DNA of 64,000 nt from an uncultured Hyphomicrobiales bacterium (GTDB lineage: Bacteria; Pseudomonadota; Alphaproteobacteria; Rhizobiales; TMED25), in contig CAJIYR010000006.1 of the NCBI GenBank assembly GCA_905181735.1, positions 803 to 64,802 of the forward strand, written 5' to 3'. The number at the start of each line of letters is the position of its first letter. The stretch's first letter is position 1. Both the position numbers and the translations under genes were made by a program. A model generated the notes under the pieces. It searched no databases, was not told the DNA's origin, and saw nothing but the letters and a program-made list of their open reading frames with translations. Positions 47,051 through 56,465 of the stretch are shown here, in pieces.

Positions 47051-48253
47051 ATGACTATTTTTAGAACGTTATATGTGGATATGGACAGTTTTTTTGCAAG
47101 CGTTGAAAAACAATTAGATCCATTTTTAAGAAAAAAACCTGTTGGCATTACAGCAGTAAATCAAGATTCTGGTTGTATAGTTGCCGCAAGTTACGAAGCA
47201 AAAGCTTATGGTGTAAAAACAGGAACAAGGGTATATGAAGCAAAAATATTGTGCCCGAATATATTACTAAGAGAAAGTCGTCATAAATTATATGTTAGAT
47301 ATAATCAAAAAATTGCTTCTATTTTAGACGGTATAGCTGAATTAGAAAAAATTAGATCAATTGATGAATTTCAAATTGCATTGGGGGGTGATAGCGCAAG
47401 GCTAAAATCTGCTATTAGTTTAGCTGTCCAAATGAAATTAAAGATAAAAGAGTTAATGGGACCTGAAATAACTTTATCAATTGGGATAGCTTCCAATCCT
47501 CTGTTAGCAAAAATTGCTAGTAAATTGGATAAACCTGATGGGCTTCAATGGCTTTCTTTTAATAACATGCCTCAGAAAATTAGACATCTAGACCTAGATG
47601 ATTTACCAGGAATATCAAGGGGATTAAGGTTGCGTCTATGGAAAGCGGGTGTATATGATATCCAGAGTTTGTATAACCTTGATCCTGCTCATGCGAGAAT
47701 TATATGGAAGTCTATTGAGGGAGAAAGATTTGTTCGGTCATTGCGAGGAGAGAATATTCCGATAGGAAATACAATTCGTAGAAGGTATGGTAATTCAAAA
47801 GTCTTGTCTCCTGAATATCGATCAATAAAGAAAGCATATCTTGTTGGTAGATGGTTAATAGAAAAATCATCCGAAAGATTAAGGAAGCATAAATATTGCT
47901 CTGGACGTCTAGATATTATTGTCAGGACATCCTCTTTAGGAACATGGGCAGACTCAATAACATTCACACCTTCACAAAATACTTTTTTCTTTTTGGAACA
48001 ATTTGCAAATCTTTGGGATAAAATGATTGATTCTATTAGACCTCTTTATATAGATTCTCTAGGTGTGCATTTCTCAGACATTATATTTTTAAAAGATAGG
48101 TCTGCAGAGTTTTTTATAAGTTTTGAAGCGGGTAAGCAGAATAAAAAAGAGAAACTTTCTTCGTCTATTGATAATTTGAATTTTAGATATGGCAAGAGGG
48201 TAGTAAAGTTTGGAATTCACAAAGAACATCCAGGATTTTTTGAGAAAGGTTAA
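47051..48253 (+). CDS. Y-family DNA polymerase (DinB/ImpB-type translesion polymerase)
   Basis: The N-terminus …LYVDMDSFFASVEKQ… carries the catalytic acidic residues, and …SIGIASNPLLAKIASKLDKPDG… is also present; 400 aa. Confidence 0.85.
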   Translation: MTIFRTLYVDMDSFFASVEKQLDPFLRKKPVGITAVNQDSGCIVAASYEAKAYGVKTGTRVYEAKILCPNILLRESRHKLYVRYNQKIASILDGIAELEKIRSIDEFQIALGGDSARLKSAISLAVQMKLKIKELMGPEITLSIGIASNPLLAKIASKLDKPDGLQWLSFNNMPQKIRHLDLDDLPGISRGLRLRLWKAGVYDIQSLYNLDPAHARIIWKSIEGERFVRSLRGENIPIGNTIRRRYGNSKVLSPEYRSIKKAYLVGRWLIEKSSERLRKHKYCSGRLDIIVRTSSLGTWADSITFTPSQNTFFFLEQFANLWDKMIDSIRPLYIDSLGVHFSDIIFLKDRSAEFFISFEAGKQNKKEKLSSSIDNLNFRYGKRVVKFGIHKEHPGFFEKG

Positions 48254-48388
48254 CAAATAACTATTTATCATGTTTTTTTAATACAATATAGATCCGTTAA
48301 AAATAATTATTTAGTTATTGCTTTATGCATAGCTTAAGTTAGTATTTTTGATTGGGAATAATTAAAATTAATTTAGGAGGATGTTTTT

Positions 48389-48715
48389 ATGGTTTATGAG
48401 CTTAGGATTTATCACTGTGTACCAGGTTGTCTGCCAAAGGTTTTGGATAGATTCGAAAACGTAGTATTTGATTTCTGGAATAAGTATGGAATAAAACAAG
48501 TTGGTTTTTGGACGACACTTATTGGGGAATCTAATCAAGACATAACTTATATGTTGCAATGGGATTCATTGGCTGATCGTGAAGCTAAATGGGCAGCATT
48601 TCAATCGGACCCTGATTGGATAAAAAAAAGAGCAGCAACAGAACCAAATGGACCTTTGGTTCTATCGTATAGTAATTCAATATTAGGTGCCACGGCTTTT
48701 TCAAATATCAAGTAG
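48389..48715 (+). CDS. NIPSNAP family protein
   Basis: MVYELRIYHCVPGCLPKVLDRFEN… is the typical NIPSNAP N-terminus. AGGAGG RBS. Confidence 0.75.
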   Translation: MVYELRIYHCVPGCLPKVLDRFENVVFDFWNKYGIKQVGFWTTLIGESNQDITYMLQWDSLADREAKWAAFQSDPDWIKKRAATEPNGPLVLSYSNSILGATAFSNIK

Positions 48716-48759
48716 TACTGAATTTATTGTACATAAAATTTTTTTAGAAAGGGAATACT

Positions 48760-49089
48760 ATGTCTAGAAAATTGGATGACAAGACAGATAAATTGTCTTC
48801 TAATCGCCCTGTAGCAGAGCACAGTGTAGTTTTAGAGAATGAGAAAATGATTGTTACGCATTGGGTGTTTAAACCTGGAGAGCAAACAGGATGGCATTTG
48901 CATGAAATGGACTATATGCCTATACAATTGTCAGAAGGTAAGCTGCTTTTTGAATTTGTTGACGGATCAACGAAAGAAATTAATTATGTACCGAGAACTA
49001 CTTCTATCGTACGCGCTCCATTAGAGCATAATGCAGTTAATACTAGTGATATTGATGTAGTAGCATTAGAAATTGAGTTTAAAGAATAG
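48760..49089 (+). CDS. cupin domain protein
   Basis: Cupin motif 1 (…GEQTGWHLHE…) and motif 2 (…PLEHNAVN…); 109 aa. Confidence 0.7.
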   Translation: MSRKLDDKTDKLSSNRPVAEHSVVLENEKMIVTHWVFKPGEQTGWHLHEMDYMPIQLSEGKLLFEFVDGSTKEINYVPRTTSIVRAPLEHNAVNTSDIDVVALEIEFKE

Positions 49090-49120
49090 AATTATAATAT
49101 TTAATTGTAGGGAATAGTTT

Positions 49121-49891
49121 ATGGAATCGATTGGTAAATTAGTTGGTAATGTTGCGATTGTAACTGCAGCAGGACAAGGTTTGGGAGAATCTATTGCAAA
49201 GACTTTCGCTAGAGAGGGTGCTTTAGTAATTTTAGTTGATATTAATCAGCAAGAGATTCTAAGAGTTAAAGAAGATATTATAGAAGAAGGTGGGAGAGCT
49301 GATTTAATGGTCGCCGATCTAACTAAATCTGATCAAGTTAATGATTTGGTAAATGCCGTTGTAAAAGATTATAAAACAATTGATATACTAATTAATGGTG
49401 CGGGAGGATTCCAAAAATTTTCTCCGATAAATGAGATTACAGATAGTGACTGGAATGATGTAATTGCATTAAATTTGAATTCTGCGTTTTATTGTTCTAG
49501 GGCCGTTTCTAGTATAATGATTGAGAATAAAAAGGGACGCATTATAAGTCTTTCTTCTGGTGCAGGGATTGCTCCGAATCCATACGCTCCTTCTTACATT
49601 CCTTATGGTGCAGCTAAAGCAGGATTAATTGGAATGACGAAATTAATGGCTAGAGACATTGGACAATATGGAATTACTGTTAATGTGATAGCGCCCGGAA
49701 CAGCTCTAACCCCTCGCGTAAAAAGGATTAGAGATCAAGAAAGTCTAGATAATATTGCATCAATGAATCCGATGCGTAATTTAATTGAGCCTAAGGATTG
49801 TGCGGAAGCGGCATTGTTTTTAGCGTCTGATGAAGCACGATATATAACTGGGATTACTCTGATGGTAAATGCTGGTAATCTAATATTATAA
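49121..49891 (+). CDS. SDR-family oxidoreductase (FabG-like)
   Basis: …AIVTAAGQGLGESIA… and …YGAAKAGL… (YxxxK). Confidence 0.85.
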   Translation: MESIGKLVGNVAIVTAAGQGLGESIAKTFAREGALVILVDINQQEILRVKEDIIEEGGRADLMVADLTKSDQVNDLVNAVVKDYKTIDILINGAGGFQKFSPINEITDSDWNDVIALNLNSAFYCSRAVSSIMIENKKGRIISLSSGAGIAPNPYAPSYIPYGAAKAGLIGMTKLMARDIGQYGITVNVIAPGTALTPRVKRIRDQESLDNIASMNPMRNLIEPKDCAEAALFLASDEARYITGITLMVNAGNLIL

Positions 49892-50024
49892 AGTTAGAAA
49901 ATTCTTTTAGTGCGGGTATGAATTAGCAATTGAATTTAGGAGAGGTGAGTATAGAATTAGTCTTTTTATAATTTTTTTAAATAACGTGATTTTTATTGAG
50001 ATATCAAGATAAGTTAAATTCTTG

Positions 50025-51017
50025 TTATACCTTCGTCCAACTGCTATCTTTGGCTGACTTAGTTATAGCTTCTAATATTGCTACATTCTGGACTCGCTCG
50101 ATATCATTAAATCTGTATGTCTTATCCTTATTTACTGATAATGCCCATTCTTCTAAATTTGCTTTTATTGTATTTACTGCTGGGAATATTTTAGAAAGGG
50201 GCTCTCCATTTGTAACGCATGAGAGCAATTGATTTTCAGCTCCGTACATCGGATGCTTAGTATCTCTTACTTCAACCCACATATTGTCACCAAAAGCTGA
50301 TAATCTGCAGTAATAGGGGGTTTTAGATATTACAGATAGTTGTCCTGTTGCTCCATTTGTAAATTTCATTAAAACAACAGTTATGTCACCGGTTATAAAA
50401 TCTAGAACCTGGTTTGCTGTTTGTGCAAAAACGGATTCAACGGTCCCAAAAAGCGATAAGAAGAGATCTGTCATATGTACGCCTGTTCCAGTCATTCCAC
50501 CAGCAGGAGCTTCTTCTAAAGACCCTCTCCAATTATTAGAATCCAAAGCCGCAAGTATATCGTGCGACCAATTAGCCTCAATATGCATCTTTTTTCCAAA
50601 TTGTTCAGAGTTTATGATTTTTGATAATTCTTCCATAGCTGGATCAAATCTTCTTTCATGGCCAACGCCTAATACTAAATTAAATTTATTCGCATATGAA
50701 ATTATATTTTCTGCCGCAATTTTGGTCAAAGCAAGAGGCTTCTCACAGAAAATCTGTTTTCCTGCATAGGCGGCTTCCCTTACTTGCTCTTCATGTTGTG
50801 TATTTGGCGTGCAGAGTATAATACCATCAACTAATGGATCGTTTAATAATGCATCATAGCTTCCATAAAGAACTATATTTTTTTCAGTTGTGAATTCTTT
50901 ATGCTTATCAACGGTTCTAGACGCTGCAGCGACAACATTGATTAGATCACTATCTTCTAATGTCGTTACAAGGTGTCTGCCCCACCATCCGAGTCCAAGT
51001 ATGCCTATATTTAACAT
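50025..51017 (-). CDS. Gfo/Idh/MocA-family oxidoreductase
   Basis: N-terminal Rossmann motif MLNIGILGLGWWGRH… and …CEKPLA…. Confidence 0.85.
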   Translation of the reverse strand: MLNIGILGLGWWGRHLVTTLEDSDLINVVAAASRTVDKHKEFTTEKNIVLYGSYDALLNDPLVDGIILCTPNTQHEEQVREAAYAGKQIFCEKPLALTKIAAENIISYANKFNLVLGVGHERRFDPAMEELSKIINSEQFGKKMHIEANWSHDILAALDSNNWRGSLEEAPAGGMTGTGVHMTDLFLSLFGTVESVFAQTANQVLDFITGDITVVLMKFTNGATGQLSVISKTPYYCRLSAFGDNMWVEVRDTKHPMYGAENQLLSCVTNGEPLSKIFPAVNTIKANLEEWALSVNKDKTYRFNDIERVQNVAILEAITKSAKDSSWTKV

Positions 51018-51071
51018 TAAATAACCTAATAATTTTTTTACTTATATTAATTTTAAATAATCTTTATATAA

Positions 51072-51114
51072 TATTATTAATATAACAAAAATATTTTTTG
51101 TTATATTAATAATA
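51072..51114. promoter_or_regulatory. perfect 20-3-20 bp palindrome in a divergent promoter (candidate operator)
   Basis: TATTATTAATATAACAAAAA-tat-TTTTTGTTATATTAATAATA, with every arm position checked by hand. It lies 55 bp from the 51017 (-) start and 24 bp from the 51138 (+) start. Confidence 0.6.
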
Positions 51115-51137
51115 ATTTTTTATCAAGGGTATAAAAT

Positions 51138-52178
51138 ATGAAAGCTTTAGTATTGGAATCAAAAGGGACTCCATTTGTGCATAAAAATGTTGAGGACCCT
51201 AAGCCTAATGAAAATGAAGCTGTTATAAAAATAGTAGCATGTGGATCTGGACTAACAATACAGCATGTAAGAGCTGGAAGAATAGAGGTAGATTACCCTA
51301 GAATTATTGGCCATGAAATTACAGGTGTTATAGAAGAGGTTGGTTCAAATGTAACGAATATTAAGGTAGGTGATGCAGTAACTGCATATTTTTATCTTAC
51401 ATGCGGCCATTGCAAATGGTGCAGAATGAATCGAGAGACACTGTGTGAAAATTTTGGTGGTTATATTGGCAGGCAAATTGATGGCGCTTATGCTGAATAT
51501 ATGAAACTCCCAGCAGAGAATTGTTTAAAGATTCCAGAATCTCTGAATTGGAAAGAATATCCAGCTGAGATTGCGGTGATATGTGATGCTATAGCGACAC
51601 CTGTTAAAGTTTTAAGACATGCAAGCGTAACTCCAAATGATAAAGTCGTTATTATGGGTGCCGGAGGAGGTCTTGGAATACATATGATTATGATGGCAAA
51701 ATGGGCGCATTCAACAGTGATTGCAGTTGATATAGCGTCGGATAAATTTGAATCCTGTAAAAATGTTGGCGCTGATTTCTGTGTTAATCCAAGAGATTAT
51801 AATGACAATGAAATATTTTATGAATTAACAAAGGGGGAAGGGGCTGATGTTGTTATTGATTTTGTATCAAGTACAGAATCTTTGAATCTTGGTTTTTCTA
51901 TTCTAGGCAGAGGAGGCCGGCTTGTCACTTTAGGTGGAGGAGGGCCAGAAAATGTTGTAAATGCAGCAGCTGGTATGCTTCTTGATAAAGAAGCGGTAGT
52001 AATGGGAAGCCGATATGCAACTAAGCAAGAAGTAATTGATTCACTAAACCTTGTTGCAAGAGGTGAGATTTGGCCATTAGTTACTGATATTAGAAAAATG
52101 TCAGAAGCAGAAGCTTTGCACGATTGTGTTGAAAAAGGGTCTGTTATTGGTAGAGCTGCATTACTAATTCAGGATTAA
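51138..52178 (+). CDS. zinc-dependent alcohol dehydrogenase (MDR family)
   Basis: Catalytic Zn motif …GHEITGVIEEVG…, structural Zn cysteines …CGHCKWCRMNRETLC… and the Rossmann motif …GAGGGLG…. Confidence 0.9.
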   Translation: MKALVLESKGTPFVHKNVEDPKPNENEAVIKIVACGSGLTIQHVRAGRIEVDYPRIIGHEITGVIEEVGSNVTNIKVGDAVTAYFYLTCGHCKWCRMNRETLCENFGGYIGRQIDGAYAEYMKLPAENCLKIPESLNWKEYPAEIAVICDAIATPVKVLRHASVTPNDKVVIMGAGGGLGIHMIMMAKWAHSTVIAVDIASDKFESCKNVGADFCVNPRDYNDNEIFYELTKGEGADVVIDFVSSTESLNLGFSILGRGGRLVTLGGGGPENVVNAAAGMLLDKEAVVMGSRYATKQEVIDSLNLVARGEIWPLVTDIRKMSEAEALHDCVEKGSVIGRAALLIQD

Positions 52179-52206
52179 TTCCTGTTTATTAAAAAAGGAT
52201 AAAAGT

Positions 52207-52659
52207 ATGAACGGTTTGATTGTATATTTGTCAGGTGAGATACACTCTGATTGGAGAGAGAAGATTGAAAATTTGTCTAAGATAAATAACCTTGATATTT
52301 CTTATACAAGTCCAGTAACAATACACGAAAATAGTGATGATTGTGGTGCTTCAATTCTTGGGAATGAAGATAATTCTTTTTGGCATGACCATAAGGGAGC
52401 TAAAATAAATGCAATTAGAACAAGAAATCTTATTCAAAAAGCAGATATTGTTGTTGTTAGATTTGGAGAAAAATATAAACAATGGAATGCTGCTTTTGAT
52501 GCTGGATATGCAGCTGGATTAAATAAACCAATTATAATTATGCATAATCCTGAACACGCCCATGCGTTAAAAGAAGTTGATGCTGCAGCTTTGGCTGTTT
52601 CGGAAACGCCAGAACAGGTAGTTAAAATTTTGAAATATGTTTTGGAAGGGATGTTATAG
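52207..52659 (+). CDS. YtoQ family protein (nucleoside 2-deoxyribosyltransferase-like fold)
   Basis: …VYLSGEIHSDWREKI… and …FGEKYKQWNAAFDAGYA… are colinear with B. subtilis YtoQ as I recall it. Confidence 0.8.
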   Translation: MNGLIVYLSGEIHSDWREKIENLSKINNLDISYTSPVTIHENSDDCGASILGNEDNSFWHDHKGAKINAIRTRNLIQKADIVVVRFGEKYKQWNAAFDAGYAAGLNKPIIIMHNPEHAHALKEVDAAALAVSETPEQVVKILKYVLEGML

Positions 52660-52670
52660 TTTAATAATAT

Positions 52671-53456
52671 TCAGTTTTGATAGCTGCTATGCCATTTTCT
52701 CAACAACAGGTATGTGATATAAGTTATAATTAGATAAATTGTTATTCCAATTATTGCTATCAGGAATAATGCTGCAAACATTCTTGGTATATTTAGCCTG
52801 TAACCTGATTCTAATATTCTAAAGGCTAATCCAGATCCTACGCCAGCACTTCCAGCTGTAAATTCTGCAACAATTGCCCCTATTAAAGATAATCCTCCTG
52901 CTATTCTTATACCCGATAAAATATTCGGAAGTGCGTAGGGTAGTCTTAAATAATAGAGGGTTTGTATTTTATTAGCATTTTGTAATTTAAATAATTCAAC
53001 TAAATTAGTTTCAACGCTGGTTAGTCCAAAAATAGTATTTGATAATACAGGGAAGAATGCAACTAACCACGCACATATCAATAAAGCTGTTTCAGTTGAA
53101 TTTGCATAAATAAGAATTAGTGGAGATATAGCTATTATTGGAGTAACTTGAATAATAACTGCTATTGGAAATAAAGCATTTTCTATTGTTTTTGATAAAG
53201 AAAATACTATTGCTATAGCAACTCCGCCAAATGTTGCAATAGTAAAGCCCCCAAGTGTAATTTTTATTGTATTCATCATTGATGGATACAATATAGACCA
53301 ATCAATAATTAATGTTTCTATAACGAATGAAGGTCTTGGTAGTATATAAGCTGGAATATCTTTTGTAATAACTATAATTTCCCATAATAGCATTAGTACT
53401 ACTATAACAAGAATGGGAAGAAAAATTTTTTGTGATATCTTTTTTTTAAAGCTCAT
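52671..53456 (-). CDS. ABC transporter permease (NitT/TauT-type)
   Basis: 261 aa with six hydrophobic helices and an EAA-like loop. Confidence 0.8.
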   Translation of the reverse strand: MSFKKKISQKIFLPILVIVVLMLLWEIIVITKDIPAYILPRPSFVIETLIIDWSILYPSMMNTIKITLGGFTIATFGGVAIAIVFSLSKTIENALFPIAVIIQVTPIIAISPLILIYANSTETALLICAWLVAFFPVLSNTIFGLTSVETNLVELFKLQNANKIQTLYYLRLPYALPNILSGIRIAGGLSLIGAIVAEFTAGSAGVGSGLAFRILESGYRLNIPRMFAALFLIAIIGITIYLIITYITYLLLRKWHSSYQN

Positions 53457-53509
53457 TTATTTATGTTGAATTATTGATGATATTTCTTATCTTCAATTGA
53501 TCTTTCAAA

Positions 53510-54523
53510 TTATTTAAGTAATATTTCTTTTTCTTTTAATCCAATGCCTTTATTTACATACTTTAATGTATAGGCATCTTTATAATTCAAACTATCACTT
53601 AGTATACCTGACTTTACCATTTTATTATAAAAACTTTTTTGTCTTACGTCGGTCATTGAACCTATGCCTAATTCTAGTGAAGATCCAGAGTCGATAATTC
53701 CATGTATTTTTAGTTTCTCAATTGAATAAGCAATCTGTTTATCCGTTATATCTGGGTTATGATATTTTATTAATGCATTAGCTTTTTCAGGATTTCCGTA
53801 TAAATAATTAACCCATCCTATACTAGAAGCATTTATAAAACATTCCACAACATCTGAATTATTGATGACTTGTTCTTCCATGGTCTCGATTGTTGTAGAG
53901 TACGAATTGAAACCGTAATCAGATAGAAGAAATACGTTTGGCTCTTCTCCGGTTTTATTCAGAATAGAAAATGGTTCAGAAGTTAGATACCCTTGCTGGC
54001 CAGAATTTTTATTGGCAATAAAGGGAGCTGAATTAAAGGTATAAGGTCTTCTTTGTTCTTCTTTAAAATTATGTTCATTTATCATCCACTGATAAAAGCT
54101 TACGAAGCCTGTGTCGCTGATATATAGTGGATCAGTTTTTTTTGCATCTTCCCAATTATCCATACCCACATTTTTATGGGTCATTATGATTTGGGGATCT
54201 TTTTGAAAATAAGCTGCTACAACCTTAATTGGAATTCCTTGAGACCTTGCAAGGATTGGTTGGATCATGTTCCCGCCCATATAAAAATCAATTTTACCGG
54301 CAATTAATTTTGCTCTATTATTAACCTGAGGACCACCTTGAATGATTTCAACGTCTAAACCACATTTAGAATATTCATTGTCTGCTATAGCTTGATAGAA
54401 ACCGCCATGTTCGGGTTGAGCCAACCAATTGGTTGCGAATAATATCTTTTCATTTGCGTTGGCAAATAATATTGAATTCATGAAAATAAATAGAGATAAT
54501 GCTATATAGAATTTATACTTCAT
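53510..54523 (-). CDS. ABC transporter periplasmic substrate-binding protein (NMT1/THI5-like, NitT/TauT family)
   Basis: Signal peptide and …NWLAQPEHGGFYQA… motif; 337 aa. The substrate is unknown. Confidence 0.75.
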   Translation of the reverse strand: MKYKFYIALSLFIFMNSILFANANEKILFATNWLAQPEHGGFYQAIADNEYSKCGLDVEIIQGGPQVNNRAKLIAGKIDFYMGGNMIQPILARSQGIPIKVVAAYFQKDPQIIMTHKNVGMDNWEDAKKTDPLYISDTGFVSFYQWMINEHNFKEEQRRPYTFNSAPFIANKNSGQQGYLTSEPFSILNKTGEEPNVFLLSDYGFNSYSTTIETMEEQVINNSDVVECFINASSIGWVNYLYGNPEKANALIKYHNPDITDKQIAYSIEKLKIHGIIDSGSSLELGIGSMTDVRQKSFYNKMVKSGILSDSLNYKDAYTLKYVNKGIGLKEKEILLK

Positions 54524-54754
54524 ATTTTTTTACTGACTTAGTTTATTTTAAAAATATTATAATGTGTTATCGTTTATAATATAGTAACTAGAATAATAAT
54601 ATCTAGTTTTATGTTTAATAATTTTTTTATGCAAAAGATGATAATCTTAGTATTATCACTTTCTGTGATATTAAGTTTATATTCTTTATTAAAGATTATT
54701 AATCTAGTATGTTGTTTTATAGGTTAATTTACTTACTATTATTATAAATTTTTT

Positions 54755-55681
54755 GTGATTACAATGTATATATATCTTCCTATTGCTGAAGTCTCTGTGA
54801 ATATATTTATTATATTTGGAATGGGGGGTTTGGTCGGTTTTTTATCTGGCATGTTTGGAGTCGGAGGAGGGTTTTTGATGACTCCTTTTCTGATATTCTA
54901 CGGAATTCCCCCTATGGTTGCTGTTGCAACAGAAGCAAACCAGATTGTTGCTTCTTCAATATCGGGTACTATTGCCCACTGGAGAAAATCTGCAGTTGAT
55001 ATGAAAATGGGTTCTGTGCTTTTATTTGGTGGGATCATAGGTTCTTTTATTGGTATTGAACTATTTGTTTATTTAAGGGAAGTTGGCCAAATTGATACAT
55101 TCATATCAATCTCATATGTCATATTGTTAGGATCAATTGGGTCTTTAACATTAGTAGAAGGTCTTTATTCGTTAATAGCAAAGAAATACAATCTAAAAAT
55201 TTTTAAGAAGAAAAAAGTAGATAGAAATTGGATATACTTATTACCATTTAGAGTAAAATTTAGAAAGTCTGGTTTATATGTTAGCGTAATACCTCCGATA
55301 TTAATTGGAATGGTTGTTGGTATTTTGGCAACAATCATGGGTGTTGGTGGTGGATTTATAATGGTTCCAGCTATGATATATATTCTACGAATGCCCACGA
55401 ATGTTGTGATAGGTACATCATTATATCAAATAGTTTTTGTTACAAGTTTAGTGACTATACTTCATTCATACGAGAATCAGACTGTTGATATGGTGTTAGC
55501 AATAATGTTGATGATAGGTGGGGTTATAGGAGTGCAGATAGGCGTATATTTTGGGCATAAATTAAGAGGCGAACAACTTAGATCTTTGCTCGGACTTATT
55601 GTATTATTGGTTTGTTTTAAGATGGCTTATGACCTAGCCTTAAGACCAGAAGATATTTTTTCAACGGTTAATATAAGATGA
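54755..55681 (+). CDS. TauE/SafE (TSUP, DUF81) family anion exporter
   Basis: Eight hydrophobic helices and duplicated GVGGGF motifs. The track starts at GTG 54755, and ATG 54764 is an alternative. Confidence 0.8.
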   Translation: MITMYIYLPIAEVSVNIFIIFGMGGLVGFLSGMFGVGGGFLMTPFLIFYGIPPMVAVATEANQIVASSISGTIAHWRKSAVDMKMGSVLLFGGIIGSFIGIELFVYLREVGQIDTFISISYVILLGSIGSLTLVEGLYSLIAKKYNLKIFKKKKVDRNWIYLLPFRVKFRKSGLYVSVIPPILIGMVVGILATIMGVGGGFIMVPAMIYILRMPTNVVIGTSLYQIVFVTSLVTILHSYENQTVDMVLAIMLMIGGVIGVQIGVYFGHKLRGEQLRSLLGLIVLLVCFKMAYDLALRPEDIFSTVNIR

Positions 55682-56454
55682 TAAAATTAGATATGTTTAG
55701 GTATTACTATAAACTTACTTTAATATTAGGATTATTATTTTCAATGGCTACTGAAGTTCATTCTGATGAACTAATTTCTGATATATCTGATAAAAACATA
55801 TCAATAGAATCGCAGTTTAATGGCAAAGAGCTGTTATTGTATGGGTCTATAGAAACTCAAGGTAAAATTCAATCTGATATTGTTATTACTGTAATAGGCG
55901 CTGATCATCCATTGTCCGTAAGAAAGAAGGACAGGAAATATGCTATGTGGATTAATGATTATTCATATAATTATTCTAATGTACCTTTTTATTATTCTGT
56001 TTATAGCAATCGTCCTTTAGAAAATATTTTAGATGCAAAGCAGATGAAAGAAAATAGGATTGGGGTTAATAATCTTTCTTTTATAAATCGATCTGAGTTA
56101 AGAAGCGAAGATGAAAAGTTAGATTTCTTTGAAGCAATATTAAGGCATAAAAAAGCAGATAGATTATTTTCAGAGGATACGAATGGGGTAACAATAAAGA
56201 ATAATAAATTATATAAATCTAATATATACCTACCTCCTGGTATAAAAGAAGGCAGGCTAAAGGTAAATATTTTTTTAATAAGGGACGGTAATATTATCAA
56301 TATCGATTATTTAAATATCTACCTGAATAAAAGGGGTGCTGGTAAAATTGTATACGATATTGCTCATAAAAAACCCTTGATCTATGGGATAATTTCGGTT
56401 CTATTTGCATTACTGTTGGGTTGGTCGATGGCAGTTATTGTTAGATATATTTAA
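55678..56454 (+). CDS. TIGR02186-like alphaproteobacterial membrane-associated protein
   Basis: Signal peptide, a ~220-aa soluble domain and a C-terminal TM helix. ATGA overlap with the TSUP gene, a pairing I recall as conserved in alphaproteobacteria. Confidence 0.5.
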   Translation: MIKLDMFRYYYKLTLILGLLFSMATEVHSDELISDISDKNISIESQFNGKELLLYGSIETQGKIQSDIVITVIGADHPLSVRKKDRKYAMWINDYSYNYSNVPFYYSVYSNRPLENILDAKQMKENRIGVNNLSFINRSELRSEDEKLDFFEAILRHKKADRLFSEDTNGVTIKNNKLYKSNIYLPPGIKEGRLKVNIFLIRDGNIINIDYLNIYLNKRGAGKIVYDIAHKKPLIYGIISVLFALLLGWSMAVIVRYI

Positions 56455-56465
56455 TATCAAAATTA

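Noticed and set aside
54524-54754. TPP (THI-box) riboswitch upstream of the NMT1/THI5-like binding protein
   Set aside because: On the minus strand the spacer is almost pure AT and lacks the CUGAGA and GC-rich stems of a THI box.
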